64,000 nt of DNA from the NCBI GenBank assembly GCA_963663275.1, contig OY760183.1, positions 352,001 to 416,000 of the forward strand. The letters are read 5' to 3'. This document shows positions 10,660-20,087 of this stretch, piece by piece (positions within the stretch are counted from its first letter, which is position 1; every line of letters starts with the position of its first letter). The stretch comes from Chloroflexota bacterium (lineage in GTDB: Bacteria > Chloroflexota > UBA11872 > VXOZ01). The notes below the pieces were generated by a model. It was not told where the DNA came from. It did not search any database and was given only the letters and a program-made list of their open reading frames with translations. The position numbers were made by a program, and so were the translations under genes.

Positions 10660-10836
10660 CAATGCTGTCGCGTAAACGTAGCGCGGGGGCTTGTCCCCCG
10701 CCTGAACAAGTAAAATGAGAACGAAATCGATTGACCCGACGGCAGACGCAGGTTACGCGCACTTCCCGTGCGAACCCGCGCTACCGGAGCAACGAGTGTA
10801 GTTTTCATTCTCATTGCGCTTAATGCGACACCATTA
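10660..10836. mobile_element. MITE family A (177 bp), IS4-type ends, inserted into a class G repeat
   Basis: TIRs CAATGCTGTCGCGTAAA / TTAATGCGACACCATTA; flanking duplication GGGTGAGGGT; carries REP-A and REP-B. Confidence 0.85.
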
Positions 10837-10905
10837 GGGTGAGGGTGAGACCTCAGCGCGAAGTGCCGCGAAATCAAATAGAAGAAACACGAGGAAACAC
10901 ATACG

Positions 10906-11382
10906 GTGGCGTCCACGCGGCAATCCGACGCAACAACGAGCGCAGAGAGCGCCGCCTGGCTGGACGGCCTGCGCGGCCTCATCGCCGCCGTGCGGGACAC
11001 GCCGGTGCACGAGGTAGAGCTTCGCTTTGGCGATACGGCGGTCTTTCTCCGCCGCCGCCTGGGGGTCGTGCGCCGCGCGCCGCCGGAGGCCGCCCGCGCG
11101 CCAGCGGAGCCGCAGGCAAGCCGCGCGGCCGTCCGCGCGCCCCTGAACGGCATCTACTACGACCGGTCCAGCCCGGAAGCCGAGCCGTTCGTGCAGGTGG
11201 GCGACCGCGTCGAGACCGGCCAGGTGGTTGCCTTGATAGAGGCCATGAAGGTTTTCAACGAGGTGCACGCCGAACAGCCCGGCCAGGTAGCCGCGTTGCT
11301 GGTAGAATCGGGTGACATGGTGCAAAGCGGCCAAGACCTCATCGCCCTGGAGGCGGAATCCGCCGATACTAACGAACCGTAG
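10906..11382 (+). CDS. accB: Biotin carboxyl carrier protein of acetyl-CoA carboxylase
   Basis: EAMKV biotinylation motif, PFVQVGD.V..GQ; the stop codon is the TAG of a REP. Confidence 0.88.
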   Translation: MASTRQSDATTSAESAAWLDGLRGLIAAVRDTPVHEVELRFGDTAVFLRRRLGVVRRAPPEAARAPAEPQASRAAVRAPLNGIYYDRSSPEAEPFVQVGDRVETGQVVALIEAMKVFNEVHAEQPGQVAALLVESGDMVQSGQDLIALEAESADTNEP

Positions 11383-11780
11383 CGCGGGGGCTTGTCCCCC
11401 GCCATTGCGAGGCATTCAATGCGTAGCGCGGGGGCTCGTCCCCCGCTAGGAATATCGCCGACAACACAGTAACCGGCACGTAGCGCGGGGGCTTGTCCCC
11501 CGCTGAGGGGCTGACAGGGGTAGGCAATCTAGAATCGGCTTAACGTGTCATTCCGAACGGAGCGCAGCGCAGAGAGGAATCTAGAGCACAGCCCCGTTCA
11601 ATCAACATCCTTAGATTCCTCGCCGCGCTCGGAATGACGTTTACGTATCCTTGTCCCCCGCCGGGGTCAACACCGACAATACAAAATGCCACACGTAGCG
11701 CGGGGGTTCGTCCCCCGCCAGGAACATCGCCGACACCGCAAAATGACACACGTAGCGCGGGGGCTCGTCCCCCGCCGGAG
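11379..11780 (+). repeat. REP-A tandem array (~57-bp period) interrupted by a MITE
   Basis: GTAGCGCGGGGG(C/T)T(C/T)GTCCCCCGC at about 11379, 11423, 11480, 11695 and 11752, with related spacers. Confidence 0.85.
11509..11655. mobile_element. MITE family D (GGCTGACAGGG end) carrying an inverted GTCATTCCGA..GAGGAATCT pair
   Basis: Reverse-complement homolog of 43457-43600; only one end is well preserved. Confidence 0.6.
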
Positions 11781-11822
11781 AAGTCACCGACACCGCACGT
11801 ACACACACAAGGAGTTGCCTAG

Positions 11823-12416
11823 ATGACGGCACGAGAGACGATACTCAGCGGCGACCGCGCCCGCGGCGCGCTCACGGCAATTGCCGTCGCCACCTTTGCG
11901 GCCGCGCTGGTCGCCTTGTCGGCGCGAGCGGAAATGCATCTGTGGTTCACGCCGGTGCCTATTACCTTGCAGGTCTTGGCCGTCCTGCTCATCGGCCTCA
12001 GCCTCTCGCCGCGCATGTCGTTTCTCGCCCTGGCCGAGTATATCGGCGCCGGCATCGTCGGCTTGCCGGTCTTTTCCGGCGGCGGTTCCGGCATCGCCTG
12101 GTTGCTGGGTCCCACCGGCGGCTTCATCTGGGGTTTTCTGGTTGCCGCGCCGCTGGTCGGCATACTGGCGCATTGGCTCGGACCGCGATGGTCGATCGTA
12201 GCGGCGTTGGCGGGCATCGCCGTCATCTACCTCCTCGGTTGGTATCACCTGGCGCAGTGGTACTATCTGGTAAAGGAAGAACTCAGCCCATGGCTGCTGG
12301 CCTACCACAACGGCGTGGCGCCGTTCGTGTTGATCGACGTTGCCAAGGCCGCCGTCGCCGTGGGGCTGGTGTATGGCGGCGCGCGCCTGGGCCTGCCCGT
12401 GGGCAAGCGGGAGTGA
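11823..12416 (+). CDS. bioY: Biotin transporter BioY
   Basis: PVPITLQ, GLPVFSGG, LLGPTGGFIWGF motifs; adjacent to accB. Confidence 0.93.
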   Translation: MTARETILSGDRARGALTAIAVATFAAALVALSARAEMHLWFTPVPITLQVLAVLLIGLSLSPRMSFLALAEYIGAGIVGLPVFSGGGSGIAWLLGPTGGFIWGFLVAAPLVGILAHWLGPRWSIVAALAGIAVIYLLGWYHLAQWYYLVKEELSPWLLAYHNGVAPFVLIDVAKAAVAVGLVYGGARLGLPVGKRE

Positions 12417-12523
12417 GCGGACGCGGCCACTTCCTAAATGGGCGCGAGTGGTAATATACTTGATACGGAGCTTTGGCGTCCTATTGTAGGATTCCGATTG
12501 TACAACGTGTAGAGGAGCACGGA

Positions 12524-12763
12524 ATGAGCGACACACTGGAGCAGGTAAAGGCGGTAGTGGCGGACAAACTGGGCGCGGACGCGGCCGAGATTACGGAGGA
12601 TACCCGCTTCCAGGAAGACTTGGAAGCGGACTCGCTCGATCTCGTCGAACTCATCATGGCGCTGGAGGATGAGTACAGCATTCAGATCTCGGACGAAGAG
12701 GCCCAGGAGATCCGCAGCATCAAGGACGCCGTAGCCTACATCGAGCAGCAGACGTCCGGCTAG
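12524..12763 (+). CDS. acpP: Acyl carrier protein
   Basis: DLEADSLDLVEL phosphopantetheine site; GAGGAG RBS; start at ATG 12524. Confidence 0.95.
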   Translation: MSDTLEQVKAVVADKLGADAAEITEDTRFQEDLEADSLDLVELIMALEDEYSIQISDEEAQEIRSIKDAVAYIEQQTSG

Positions 12764-12778
12764 CGGGCAGCCCGCGCA

Positions 12779-13549
12779 ATGGATCTCGCGCTTGACGGAC
12801 ACGTAGCCTTGGTCACCGGCGCCAGCCGCGGCATTGGCAAAGGAATCGCCGCCGCCCTGGCGCAGGAAGGCTGCAAACTCGTCATCTGCGCCCGCGGCGC
12901 GGAGACGCTGGCAGAGACGGCGGAGGAACTGCGCGCCGGCGGCGCGGCGGTGCGCGCCCTTGCCCGGGACGTGACCGAACCGGACGCGGCGGCGCAAATC
13001 GTCGGCGCCGCGGTCGAGGCGTACGGCAAGCTGAACATTCTCGTGAACAACGTCGGCGGCAATAATCGCACGCCGTTTGGGCAGCAGAGCGACGCGGAGT
13101 GGGAAGAGGTCATCGGCTTGAACCTGCTGGCGGGCGTGCGCATGACCCGCGCCGCGCTGCCCCACCTGGCCGCGGCGGAGAACGGCGCCGTGGTGTTCGT
13201 CTCCTCGCTCTGGGGCCGCGAACTTGGCGGCCCGCCGGTGTACGTCAGCACGAAAGCCGCCGCCATCGGCCTGGCCTCCAGCCTGGCCCGTGAACTCGCG
13301 CCCCAAGGCATCCGCGTGAACAGCGTCGCGCCCGGTTCCATTCGCTTCCCCGGCGGTAGCTGGGACCGGCGCGTCCAGGACGACCCGGACGGCATGGCGG
13401 ACTTCGTGGCGCGCGAGATACCCGGCGGACGCTTCGGCACGGTGGCGGAGGTGGCCAACGTGGTCGCCTTCCTCGCCTCGCCCCGCGCCGCCTGGGTGAA
13501 CGGCGCCTGCGTCCCGGTGGACGGCTGCCAGTCCCGCTCGCTGCTATAG
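12779..13549 (+). CDS. SDR family oxidoreductase (FabG-like)
   Basis: TGASRGIG, LVNNVG, YVSTK catalytic motif, VNSVAPG. Confidence 0.88.
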   Translation: MDLALDGHVALVTGASRGIGKGIAAALAQEGCKLVICARGAETLAETAEELRAGGAAVRALARDVTEPDAAAQIVGAAVEAYGKLNILVNNVGGNNRTPFGQQSDAEWEEVIGLNLLAGVRMTRAALPHLAAAENGAVVFVSSLWGRELGGPPVYVSTKAAAIGLASSLARELAPQGIRVNSVAPGSIRFPGGSWDRRVQDDPDGMADFVAREIPGGRFGTVAEVANVVAFLASPRAAWVNGACVPVDGCQSRSLL

Positions 13550-13632
13550 GCAAGGATGATTCCGCATCACGCCCACCTCTGTCCGTTTCGTCTCACTCGC
13601 ATGACATTCGCGACTTGCATGGTATTCGCGAC

Positions 13633-13890
13633 TGTCATTCCGAGCGCAGCGAGGAATCTAATGCCGTAGCGCGGGGGCTTGTCCCCCGCCAATGCGTGGA
13701 ACCCAGGCCGTAGCGCGGGGGCTTGTCCCCCGCAATTGCACCCGGAACGACGGCTAATGCGGCGCTGGCAGGCGTGCCGCCAGCAATGCCGCTGACAGAA
13801 ACGGGCGCGCAAGGACGTGATCCTCACATGCGCGCAGGTTTCAAACCTACGCTACCGGAGAGAGCGTAGCGCGGGGGCTTGTCCCCCGCC
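13633..13890. repeat. Mixed REP cluster (classes F, A and B)
   Basis: TGTCATTCCGAGCGCAGCGAGGAATCT, three REP-A copies, one inverted REP-B. Confidence 0.8.
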
Positions 13891-13929
13891 ATCGCGAGAA
13901 CCGTAGAACGTGGCCCGGAGGCTTATCCT

Positions 13930-14105
13930 TAATGTCGTCACATTAGGCGGAATGAGAATGAAAACTACGCTCGTTTCTCCGGTAGCGCAGGTTCGCACGG
14001 GAAATGCGCGTAACCTGCGTCTTCCGTAGGGTCAAATCATTCCGTTCTCATTTTCTTGTTCCGGCGGGGGACAAGCCCCCGCGCTACGTTAACGCGACAG
14101 CATTG
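13930..14105. mobile_element. MITE family A (176 bp), opposite orientation, within a degenerate REP-A
   Basis: Reverse-complement homolog of 10660-10836; ends TAATGTCGTCACATTA / TTAACGCGACAGCATTG; target duplication eroded. Confidence 0.8.
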
Positions 14106-14198
14106 GAGACAATCCCCCGCCGGGCGTAGGGCGCGTTTGCGAGAAGAAGATGGATTGCCGCTTGCGCGGCAATGACGGAGGCGGGCGTAACCCTAACG

Positions 14199-14425
14199 CG
14201 CGCGCAGGTTACAAACCGACGCTACCGGATGCAGAACAAACCCGCGCCGCCGGAGACAATCCAATCCCGCGCCACCGTTTCATGCGCGCAGGTTACAAAC
14301 CGACGCTACCGGATACTGAACAGACCTACGCCGCCGGAGACAATCCAATCCCACGCCCCCGTTTTCCACGCGCAGGTTACAAACCTGCGCTACCGGATAC
14401 ACTACAAACCCCCGCTGACGGAGAC
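14199..14425 (-). repeat. 84-bp tandem repeat (~2.7 copies) anchored on inverted REP-B
   Basis: CGCAGGTTACAAACC..CGCTACCGGAT at 14203, 14287 and 14371. Confidence 0.85.
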
Positions 14426-14435
14426 TCTGACGTGA

Positions 14436-15191
14436 ATGGAGCGCCCCGTGCCGGTTGACAATACTGCCGACGGTCTTGACGAACTCCGCCGCGCTCTTGG
14501 CGTGCCCGGCATGGATTCGCCTCTCCTGACGCAAGCCCTCACGCACCGGTCGTATGCCCACGAGCACGGCCTCTCCAATTTGGACAGCAACGAACGGCTC
14601 GAATTTCTCGGCGACGCCATCATTGGCGCGGTCGCCGCCGAGTTCCTCTTTCGCCGCTTTCCCCACAGAACCGAAGGCGAACTCTCGCGCCTGCGCGCCG
14701 CGCTGGTGCGCAAGGAGCGTCTGTGCCTGCTGGCGCGGGACGCCGGCCTGGGCCCGCTGCTCCGCCTGGGCAAGGGAGAAGAGGCGAATCATGGGCGCGA
14801 GCGCGACTCCATCCTGGCCAGCAGTTTCGAAGCGGTGATCGGCGCGCTCTTCCTGGAGACCTCCTTCGCGCACGTGCGGCAGTATCTCCTGCCGCGGCTC
14901 GAAGAAGCGGCGGCGCAGATCCTGCGCACGGCCGCCGACCGCAACGCCAAGACCGAACTGCAAGAGCGCCTCCAAGCGGAGCGCAACCTCACGCCGACCT
15001 ATCGGGTGCTGCGCGCCAGCGGCGCCGACCACGCCAAACGCTTCGTCGTCGGCGTCTACCTGCAGAAGACCCTGCTCGCCACCGGCGAGGGCACGAACAC
15101 CCAGAAAGCCGAGCAAGCGGCCGCCGCCCGCGCCTTGGCCCAGATCGAAACGGAGCGCCCGCTGCCGGCGGAACACGCCGCGCCCGCCTAG
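14436..15191 (+). CDS. rnc: Ribonuclease III
   Basis: ALTHRSY, NERLEFLGDA signature, C-terminal dsRBD (KTELQE...AEQAAA). Confidence 0.95.
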   Translation: MERPVPVDNTADGLDELRRALGVPGMDSPLLTQALTHRSYAHEHGLSNLDSNERLEFLGDAIIGAVAAEFLFRRFPHRTEGELSRLRAALVRKERLCLLARDAGLGPLLRLGKGEEANHGRERDSILASSFEAVIGALFLETSFAHVRQYLLPRLEEAAAQILRTAADRNAKTELQERLQAERNLTPTYRVLRASGADHAKRFVVGVYLQKTLLATGEGTNTQKAEQAAAARALAQIETERPLPAEHAAPA

Positions 15192-15196
15192 CGCCT

Positions 15197-18100
15197 ATGT
15201 ACCTCACACAGCTCGAAATCCACGGCTTCAAGACTTTTCCCGCCCGCGCCACGTTGGCCTTTCCCCGGGGCATCAGCGCCATCGTGGGGCCGAACGGCAG
15301 CGGCAAGAGCAATCTGGCCGACGCCATCCGCTGGGCCCTGGGCGAACAGAGCATGCTGGCCCTGCGGGGACGCAAGAGCGAGGACGTGGTCTTTGCCGGC
15401 ACGCCGCGCCGCGCCCGCGCCGGCATGACCGAAGTCACGCTCACGTTCGACAACGAGGACGGCGCCTTTCCCCTGGATCGCGCCGAAGTCAGCATCGCCC
15501 GGCGGGCGTACCGTTCCGGCGAGAACGAGTATCTCCTCAACGGCAATCGCGTGCGCCTGCGCGACATCCAGCAACTCCTGGCGGAAGCCGGCATCGGCCA
15601 CGGCCTGATGATCGGGCAAGGGCTGGTGGACCAGGTGCTGGCGCAACGGCCGGAGGAGCGCCGCAGCCTCCTGGAAGAAGCCGCCGGCGTGCGCGCGCTC
15701 TACATGCAAGAACACGAGGCGGAGAACAAACTCCGGCGCGTGCACGACAACATGAACCGCGTGCGCGACATCCTGCTGGAGCTGGAACCCCGCCTGGCCA
15801 CCCTGGAAACCCAGGCCAAAGAAGCCCAAAAAGCGGATGCGCTCCAGCAAGAACTCTCTCAGGCCCTGCACGATTGGTACGCGGCGCAATTGGCAAACCT
15901 GGTGGCTGAAGAAGCGGAGGCGGCGAGCGCTTTGGAAAAGGCGCAAGCGGCCCAGGACGACCTGGCCGCGCAGATCGCCGGCCACGCGCGCGAGCGCCAG
16001 CGTCTGGAACAGGAATCCCGCGAACACGAGCAGTCCCTGCACCGCGCCGGGGCGCGCCTGGCGGGCCTGCGCAACCGCCAACGCGACCTGGCGCAGCGCC
16101 AGGCCGTGCGGCAGGAGCGCCAGACCCACCTGCAGCGCAACGTGGAAGACGCCGCCGCCCGCGAAGCGGAACTGGCGGAGCGCCAGGCCGCCGCCGCCGC
16201 GCGCCTGCCGCAACAGGAAGCCGCCCTGGCGGAAACCACCGAGACCCTCAGCGGGAACCAAGCGGAGTGGCAAGCGGCGAAGGACGCCATCGCCAGCCAC
16301 GAGCACGCGCGCCGGCAGACGGAAGCGGCCCTCCAGGAACTGCGGCGGGAAGGCGTGGCCGTTACCACCCGGCTGAGCAGCCTGAACGCCGTCATCGACG
16401 ACGCGAAGCGCCAGCGCGAAGCGGCGCTGACACGCGCCGCGGAAGCGGCGGAACAACTGCAACTCGTCCGCAAACAGCAACGCGACCGCGCCGCCGCCCT
16501 GACGACCCTGCGGGAACGGGCGGACACGCTCCAAACCCAGGCGGATGCGGCCCATGCCGCCCGCGAAGCCGCCGACGCGACGCTGGCCGAAGTGGAACAA
16601 GCGGTGCGCGGCCTGGAAAGCGAGCGCCAAGCGCCGCTGCGCCAACGCGCCGATCTGGAAGGCCGCGCCGCCGCGTTGCGCGCGCTGCTGGCGGGCGCGT
16701 CCGCCGGCGAGGAATCCGAGCCGGAGGCGGTGGCGGCCCGGGCTGGCGTGCCCTTGCTGCCCACCCTCGCCGGAGTTGACCTGCCGGAGAACGTCGCCAC
16801 CGCGCTGGCGGCGGCGCTGCCCAGCGAGGCGTTCCTCACCGCCAACCGGCGGGACGCGGCGAAACTGGTGGCGCACGCGGTGAGCAATGCCGCCGCCAAC
16901 GCCACCGTGCTGGCCGCCGACCTCTTGGCCGCGGCCACGCCCGCCGTTCCCGCGCTCCCCGGCGTGCTCGGACACGCCGCCGACCTGGCGCCTCTGCCGC
17001 CGGAGAGCGCGGCCTTGGAGCCGGCGCTGCGCGCAATTCTGGTGGTGGAAGACGTGGACGCCATGCTCGCGGTGGCCGCCCGCCATCCCTGGCCGTTGAT
17101 CGTAAGCGTGGACGGCGTGGTCTACGGCGGCGGCGTCTTTCGCTACGCCTCAGCCGCCGCGCAACGCGGCCAACAGCACGCCCAGTATACGCGCCTCACC
17201 GCCCGCCTGGACGACGTCCGCCGCCGCTGCGAGGAACTGGAGGAACAAGAGGCCGCGCTGCGCGTCCGGCAGACCCAGGCACGCGAAGAGGCCCGCGCCG
17301 CCGCCCGCGCGCACACCCAGCGCCTCGACGCGGCCCGCGCCGCCGCCGGCGCCTTGCAGCGGCACACGCACGAACATGACGAATCGACCCGCCAGCGCGC
17401 CTGGTGGGAGCAGGTGGAAGAGGAAGCCCGCGCCCAGCGTGAGGAACTGGAAGACACCATCGCCGCCCGCGAGCGTGAAGCGCCGCTGGCCGTGGCCGCC
17501 AGGGAGCGCCTGGCGCGGGAAATCGGCGAACGCGAGCGCGCCGGCAATGCCCTGCAACAGGAGGTAGAGGCGCGCCGCGCCGCCGTGAGCGCCTTGCAGA
17601 CCCAGCTTGCCGTCCAGCAGCAACGCAAGGAGCACCTGACGCGCACCATCGCCCAGGCGCGCGCCGAGCGGCGCGGGCTGGAGCGCGAGCGCGCCCAACT
17701 CGCGCACACCCGCGCCGAACGGGAAGAGACGCTGCGCGCGCTGCAAAGCGAACTGGCGGACGGCGCGGATGCCGCCGCACAAACCGCCGCGCACGTGGAA
17801 GAAGCCGCCGCGGAGAGCAAGCGGCAGCAGGACCTGCTGGAGCGGTCGCGCGCGCGGCTGGCCGCGTGCGCCCGGGCCGGCGCCAATTTGGAAGGGCGCC
17901 TGGCCGCCCGCGAACGGGACTGCGACCTGGCCGAGCAGGCCCTGGCCGGCGCGCGGCAGCGGCGCGAGGATACGGTGGTGCGCTGGCTGAGCGACGAGCC
18001 GGACGCCGAGCCGCTGCCCAAGCCGTCCGCCGAGCCCGTGGAAGCCCTGCAACGCCGCGTCGCGTCCCTGCGCAACCGCTTGCGCCGCATCGGCCCGGTG

Positions 18101-18715
18101 AATCCACTGGCCGTGGAAGAGTTCGGCCTGCTGCGGGAACGCGCCACCTTCCTCCGCGAGCAGACCGCGGATCTGGAAGCCGCCGAGCGCGACCTGGACG
18201 AAGTCAAGCGCCAACTGCGCCGCGCGATTCGCGCCGACTTCACGGCCACCTTCCAGCAGGTGGCGGCGGACTTCTCCGCCATGGTCCAAACGCTCTTCGC
18301 CGGCGGCGACGCCGCATTGAGCCTGACGGATCCCCATAATCCCGCCGAAACCGGCATCGAGATTACCGTGCGCCTCCCGGGCAAGCGGCGGCAGGCGCTC
18401 TCCCTCCTCTCCGGCGGCGAACGCGCCCTGGTGGCGCTGGCCCTGCTCTTTGCCCTGCTCAGCGCCCGCGCCGCGCCGCTCTGCGTGCTGGACGAGGCGG
18501 ACGCGATGCTGGATGAGACCAACACCGTCCGCTTCTGCCGCCTGCTCCGCGACTACGGCAGCCGCACCCAATTCTTGGTAATCACGCACAATCGTGGCAC
18601 TATGGAGATGGCGGACGCGCTCTTTGGTGTTAGCATGGTAGAGGAAGGCGTGTCCCAGGTGCTCTCCCTCCGCCTGGAAGAATTGCGCGAACAGGTGCTC
18701 GCGTCCGCGGGCTAG
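15197..18715 (+). CDS. smc: Chromosome segregation protein SMC
   Basis: GFKTF, Walker A GPNGSGKSN, long coiled coils, LSGGE signature, LDEAD Walker B, ITHN; true start ATG 15197; follows rnc. Confidence 0.95.
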   Translation: MYLTQLEIHGFKTFPARATLAFPRGISAIVGPNGSGKSNLADAIRWALGEQSMLALRGRKSEDVVFAGTPRRARAGMTEVTLTFDNEDGAFPLDRAEVSIARRAYRSGENEYLLNGNRVRLRDIQQLLAEAGIGHGLMIGQGLVDQVLAQRPEERRSLLEEAAGVRALYMQEHEAENKLRRVHDNMNRVRDILLELEPRLATLETQAKEAQKADALQQELSQALHDWYAAQLANLVAEEAEAASALEKAQAAQDDLAAQIAGHARERQRLEQESREHEQSLHRAGARLAGLRNRQRDLAQRQAVRQERQTHLQRNVEDAAAREAELAERQAAAAARLPQQEAALAETTETLSGNQAEWQAAKDAIASHEHARRQTEAALQELRREGVAVTTRLSSLNAVIDDAKRQREAALTRAAEAAEQLQLVRKQQRDRAAALTTLRERADTLQTQADAAHAAREAADATLAEVEQAVRGLESERQAPLRQRADLEGRAAALRALLAGASAGEESEPEAVAARAGVPLLPTLAGVDLPENVATALAAALPSEAFLTANRRDAAKLVAHAVSNAAANATVLAADLLAAATPAVPALPGVLGHAADLAPLPPESAALEPALRAILVVEDVDAMLAVAARHPWPLIVSVDGVVYGGGVFRYASAAAQRGQQHAQYTRLTARLDDVRRRCEELEEQEAALRVRQTQAREEARAAARAHTQRLDAARAAAGALQRHTHEHDESTRQRAWWEQVEEEARAQREELEDTIAAREREAPLAVAARERLAREIGERERAGNALQQEVEARRAAVSALQTQLAVQQQRKEHLTRTIAQARAERRGLERERAQLAHTRAEREETLRALQSELADGADAAAQTAAHVEEAAAESKRQQDLLERSRARLAACARAGANLEGRLAARERDCDLAEQALAGARQRREDTVVRWLSDEPDAEPLPKPSAEPVEALQRRVASLRNRLRRIGPVNPLAVEEFGLLRERATFLREQTADLEAAERDLDEVKRQLRRAIRADFTATFQQVAADFSAMVQTLFAGGDAALSLTDPHNPAETGIEITVRLPGKRRQALSLLSGGERALVALALLFALLSARAAPLCVLDEADAMLDETNTVRFCRLLRDYGSRTQFLVITHNRGTMEMADALFGVSMVEEGVSQVLSLRLEELREQVLASAG

Positions 18716-18757
18716 AGGCCCCGCGCGTTCTTTCAACGAGTCGCTTGACACCCACAG

Positions 18758-18917
18758 AAGACCTTTGCATAACCCCTTCCCCATCGAGGGGGAAGGTTGG
18801 GATGGGGGTGAAGTGAATTGACATCATGCTATCTTCAGTTGCAAAAGCACCCTGGATTCTGCGTCCCCCGCGCGGGGGAGGGCTTCCGCCGGAATGACGG
18901 AGTCTTGCAAGGGTCTC
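18758..18917. mobile_element. MITE family B (160 bp, with a 20-bp hairpin insertion)
   Basis: AAGACCTTTGCATAAC / GTCTTGCAAGGGTCTC; 5-bp target duplication CACAG. Confidence 0.85.
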
Positions 18918-18966
18918 CACAGGAACGGCGGCGTAGACAGTTCGCAGGAAGCGGCGGCGAGGTGCC

Positions 18967-19914
18967 ATGACCGAGCGAGAGTTGCCGGACAATCGAGGAG
19001 TTTCGCGCCCCGGACCTGGCGGCGCCCCGGGTGGAAACACCCCGGGGCCGGACGCCCGCTGGGGCATACCGCTGATCTTCCTGGCCGTCATTGCCGCCTT
19101 GTGGCTCAGTTTTCGCCTGGTGCCCGACCTGGGCGCGCTGGTGGACGATCTCCCGCTTCTTTCCGATTCCGCCACTCCAACCCTGACCATCGCCGCCGTT
19201 GCCGACTCCACCCCGACGCCGGGCGTCAGCCGGCCGCAACCCTCCACGCCCGCGCCGGCGTCCAACGGCCAGGCCGCGCCGGCGTCAACCGCCCGCACCA
19301 CGTTCGTGCCCAACCTCCTCCAGTCCGGCCAGGAGCGCGCGGTCGAATCGCTCAAGCAACATCAACTCATAGCCGAAATCGAGGAAGTCTTCGACGACAC
19401 AGTGGCTCGCGGCCTGGTTGTCAGCCATGCGCCGGAGGCGAATACCGTCGTGCAGGTTGGCTCAACCGTCATCATCCGCATCAGCAAAGGCCCGGAAAAT
19501 CCCACCATGCCCGACGTGGTCGGCATGACGGTGGATAACGCCCGCGAGCAGTTGGGGTTGCTCAGCGTCACCATCGAGGAGTTGGAGCAGCCCAACGACA
19601 CGGTGGCGGCCGGCATCGTGGTGGCCCAGGAGCCGCCGGCCGGCACGCAGGTGGAAGCGGAGAGCACCGTGCGCATCATCGTCAGCACCGGCGTGGATCG
19701 GATACCCGTGCCGGACGTGCGCAACAAGTACTTTGCGTTCGCCCAGCAGGAGTTGGCCGGCAGCGGCCTGCGGGGCGTCAAAGGTATCGAACTGACCAAC
19801 GATCCCGGCAAGTGCGGCACCATCGCCAGCCAGAACCCGGAGCCCGGCACACCCGTCCCCCTGAACACCAGCATCTACCTCAACATCCGCGGCGGCTCCG
19901 GCTGCACTCCCTAG
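18967..19914 (+). CDS. Membrane-anchored PASTA-domain protein (about 3 PASTA repeats, no kinase domain)
   Basis: TM helix, Pro/Thr linker, VPNLL / MPDVVG / VPDVRN repeats with V..Q.P..G..V motifs. Confidence 0.85.
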   Translation: MTERELPDNRGVSRPGPGGAPGGNTPGPDARWGIPLIFLAVIAALWLSFRLVPDLGALVDDLPLLSDSATPTLTIAAVADSTPTPGVSRPQPSTPAPASNGQAAPASTARTTFVPNLLQSGQERAVESLKQHQLIAEIEEVFDDTVARGLVVSHAPEANTVVQVGSTVIIRISKGPENPTMPDVVGMTVDNAREQLGLLSVTIEELEQPNDTVAAGIVVAQEPPAGTQVEAESTVRIIVSTGVDRIPVPDVRNKYFAFAQQELAGSGLRGVKGIELTNDPGKCGTIASQNPEPGTPVPLNTSIYLNIRGGSGCTP

Positions 19915-19992
19915 GGAAAGCGAACCGCGGGCATCCATCACCCGGTGTGTGCAATTAGAAAAGGTGTAGGGGTTATTGGCAGAGGTGCAGGG

Positions 19993-20050
19993 GCAATTAG
20001 AAAAGGTGTAGGGGCACGACATGTCGTGCCCCTACACCTTTTTCAATTGC
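19993..20050. repeat. Extended REP-C palindrome between convergent genes, likely acting as a terminator
   Basis: AAAAGGTGTAGGGGCACGACATGTCGTGCCCCTACACCTTTT perfect core; left arm duplicated at 19951. Confidence 0.75.
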
Positions 20051-20087
20051 GTTTCGCGGCTGGTTGCCGCGCCTTTACAGGTTACCT

